In this document: positions 63,686 through 64,000 of the stretch, in pieces
Layout of the letters: each line of letters starts with the position of its first letter
Position numbering within the stretch: position 1 is the stretch's first letter
Assembly (NCBI GenBank): GCA_951406725.2
Contig: OX597832.1
Coordinates: 40,734,001-40,798,000, forward strand
Source: Octopus vulgaris
Taxonomy: Eukaryota
DNA: 64,000 bases
Direction: 5' to 3'
The notes under the pieces: generated by a model
Databases searched by the model: none
Told to the model about the DNA's origin: nothing
What the model saw: the letters and a program-made list of their open reading frames with translations, nothing else
Position numbers and translations under genes: made by a program

Positions 63686-64000
63686 AGTACGCGCACACAC
63701 ACACACACACACAAATATATACTTGTTTGCATGTACACATATACATACATATATCAAGATTGGAGCCTGGTGCAGCCATCTGGTTTGCCAGTCCTCAGTC
63801 AAATCGTCCAACCCTTGCTAGCATGGAAAACGGACGTTAAACGATGAGGATGATGATGATGATATAAATTAATGTCCTTGTTCTATACTGACTTGGGTTG
63901 GATGTTTTAACAGGATCTAATGCATCAAATGACTGAATCTTGCTCGGCTGTCTTCTTTAGCATAGTTTCTATGGCTGGAGACCTTTCCTAATGCCAACCA

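Overview
AT-rich, microsatellite- and SINE-saturated animal DNA. The repeat families resemble, from memory, those of Octopus (a coleoid cephalopod). The window lies inside one large plus-strand gene. Three small phase-0 coding exons (772-819, 6683-6745, 22214-22294) encode the N-terminal two-thirds of the PH domain of a type II diacylglycerol kinase (DGK eta/delta-like). The introns are 5.9 kb, 15.5 kb and >41 kb, and the next exon was not found in the window. The rest is intronic repeat: tRNA-headed SINE families (called A, B and C here), TTAA-flanked piggyBac-type MITEs, a hAT MITE, a foldback element, and relics of RTE, CR1, R4/Dong, CRE, Penelope, mariner and DD37D/maT elements. Almost all ORFs in the supplied track are microsatellite or SINE artefacts. 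Main leads: (i) a ~200-230 bp repeat family with no tRNA head whose 5' end reads as an HDV-like ribozyme fold; (ii) minimal hammerhead-like motifs with covarying stems in Penelope-like termini; (iii) a SINE-B tail-to-head junction suggesting concatemeric or circular intermediates; (iv) a SINE-free, promoter-like island at ~50.5-53.4 kb with a perfect GTAAGT donor; (v) inverted SINE pairs that are candidate ADAR or back-splicing substrates. All alignments and folds were done by eye.
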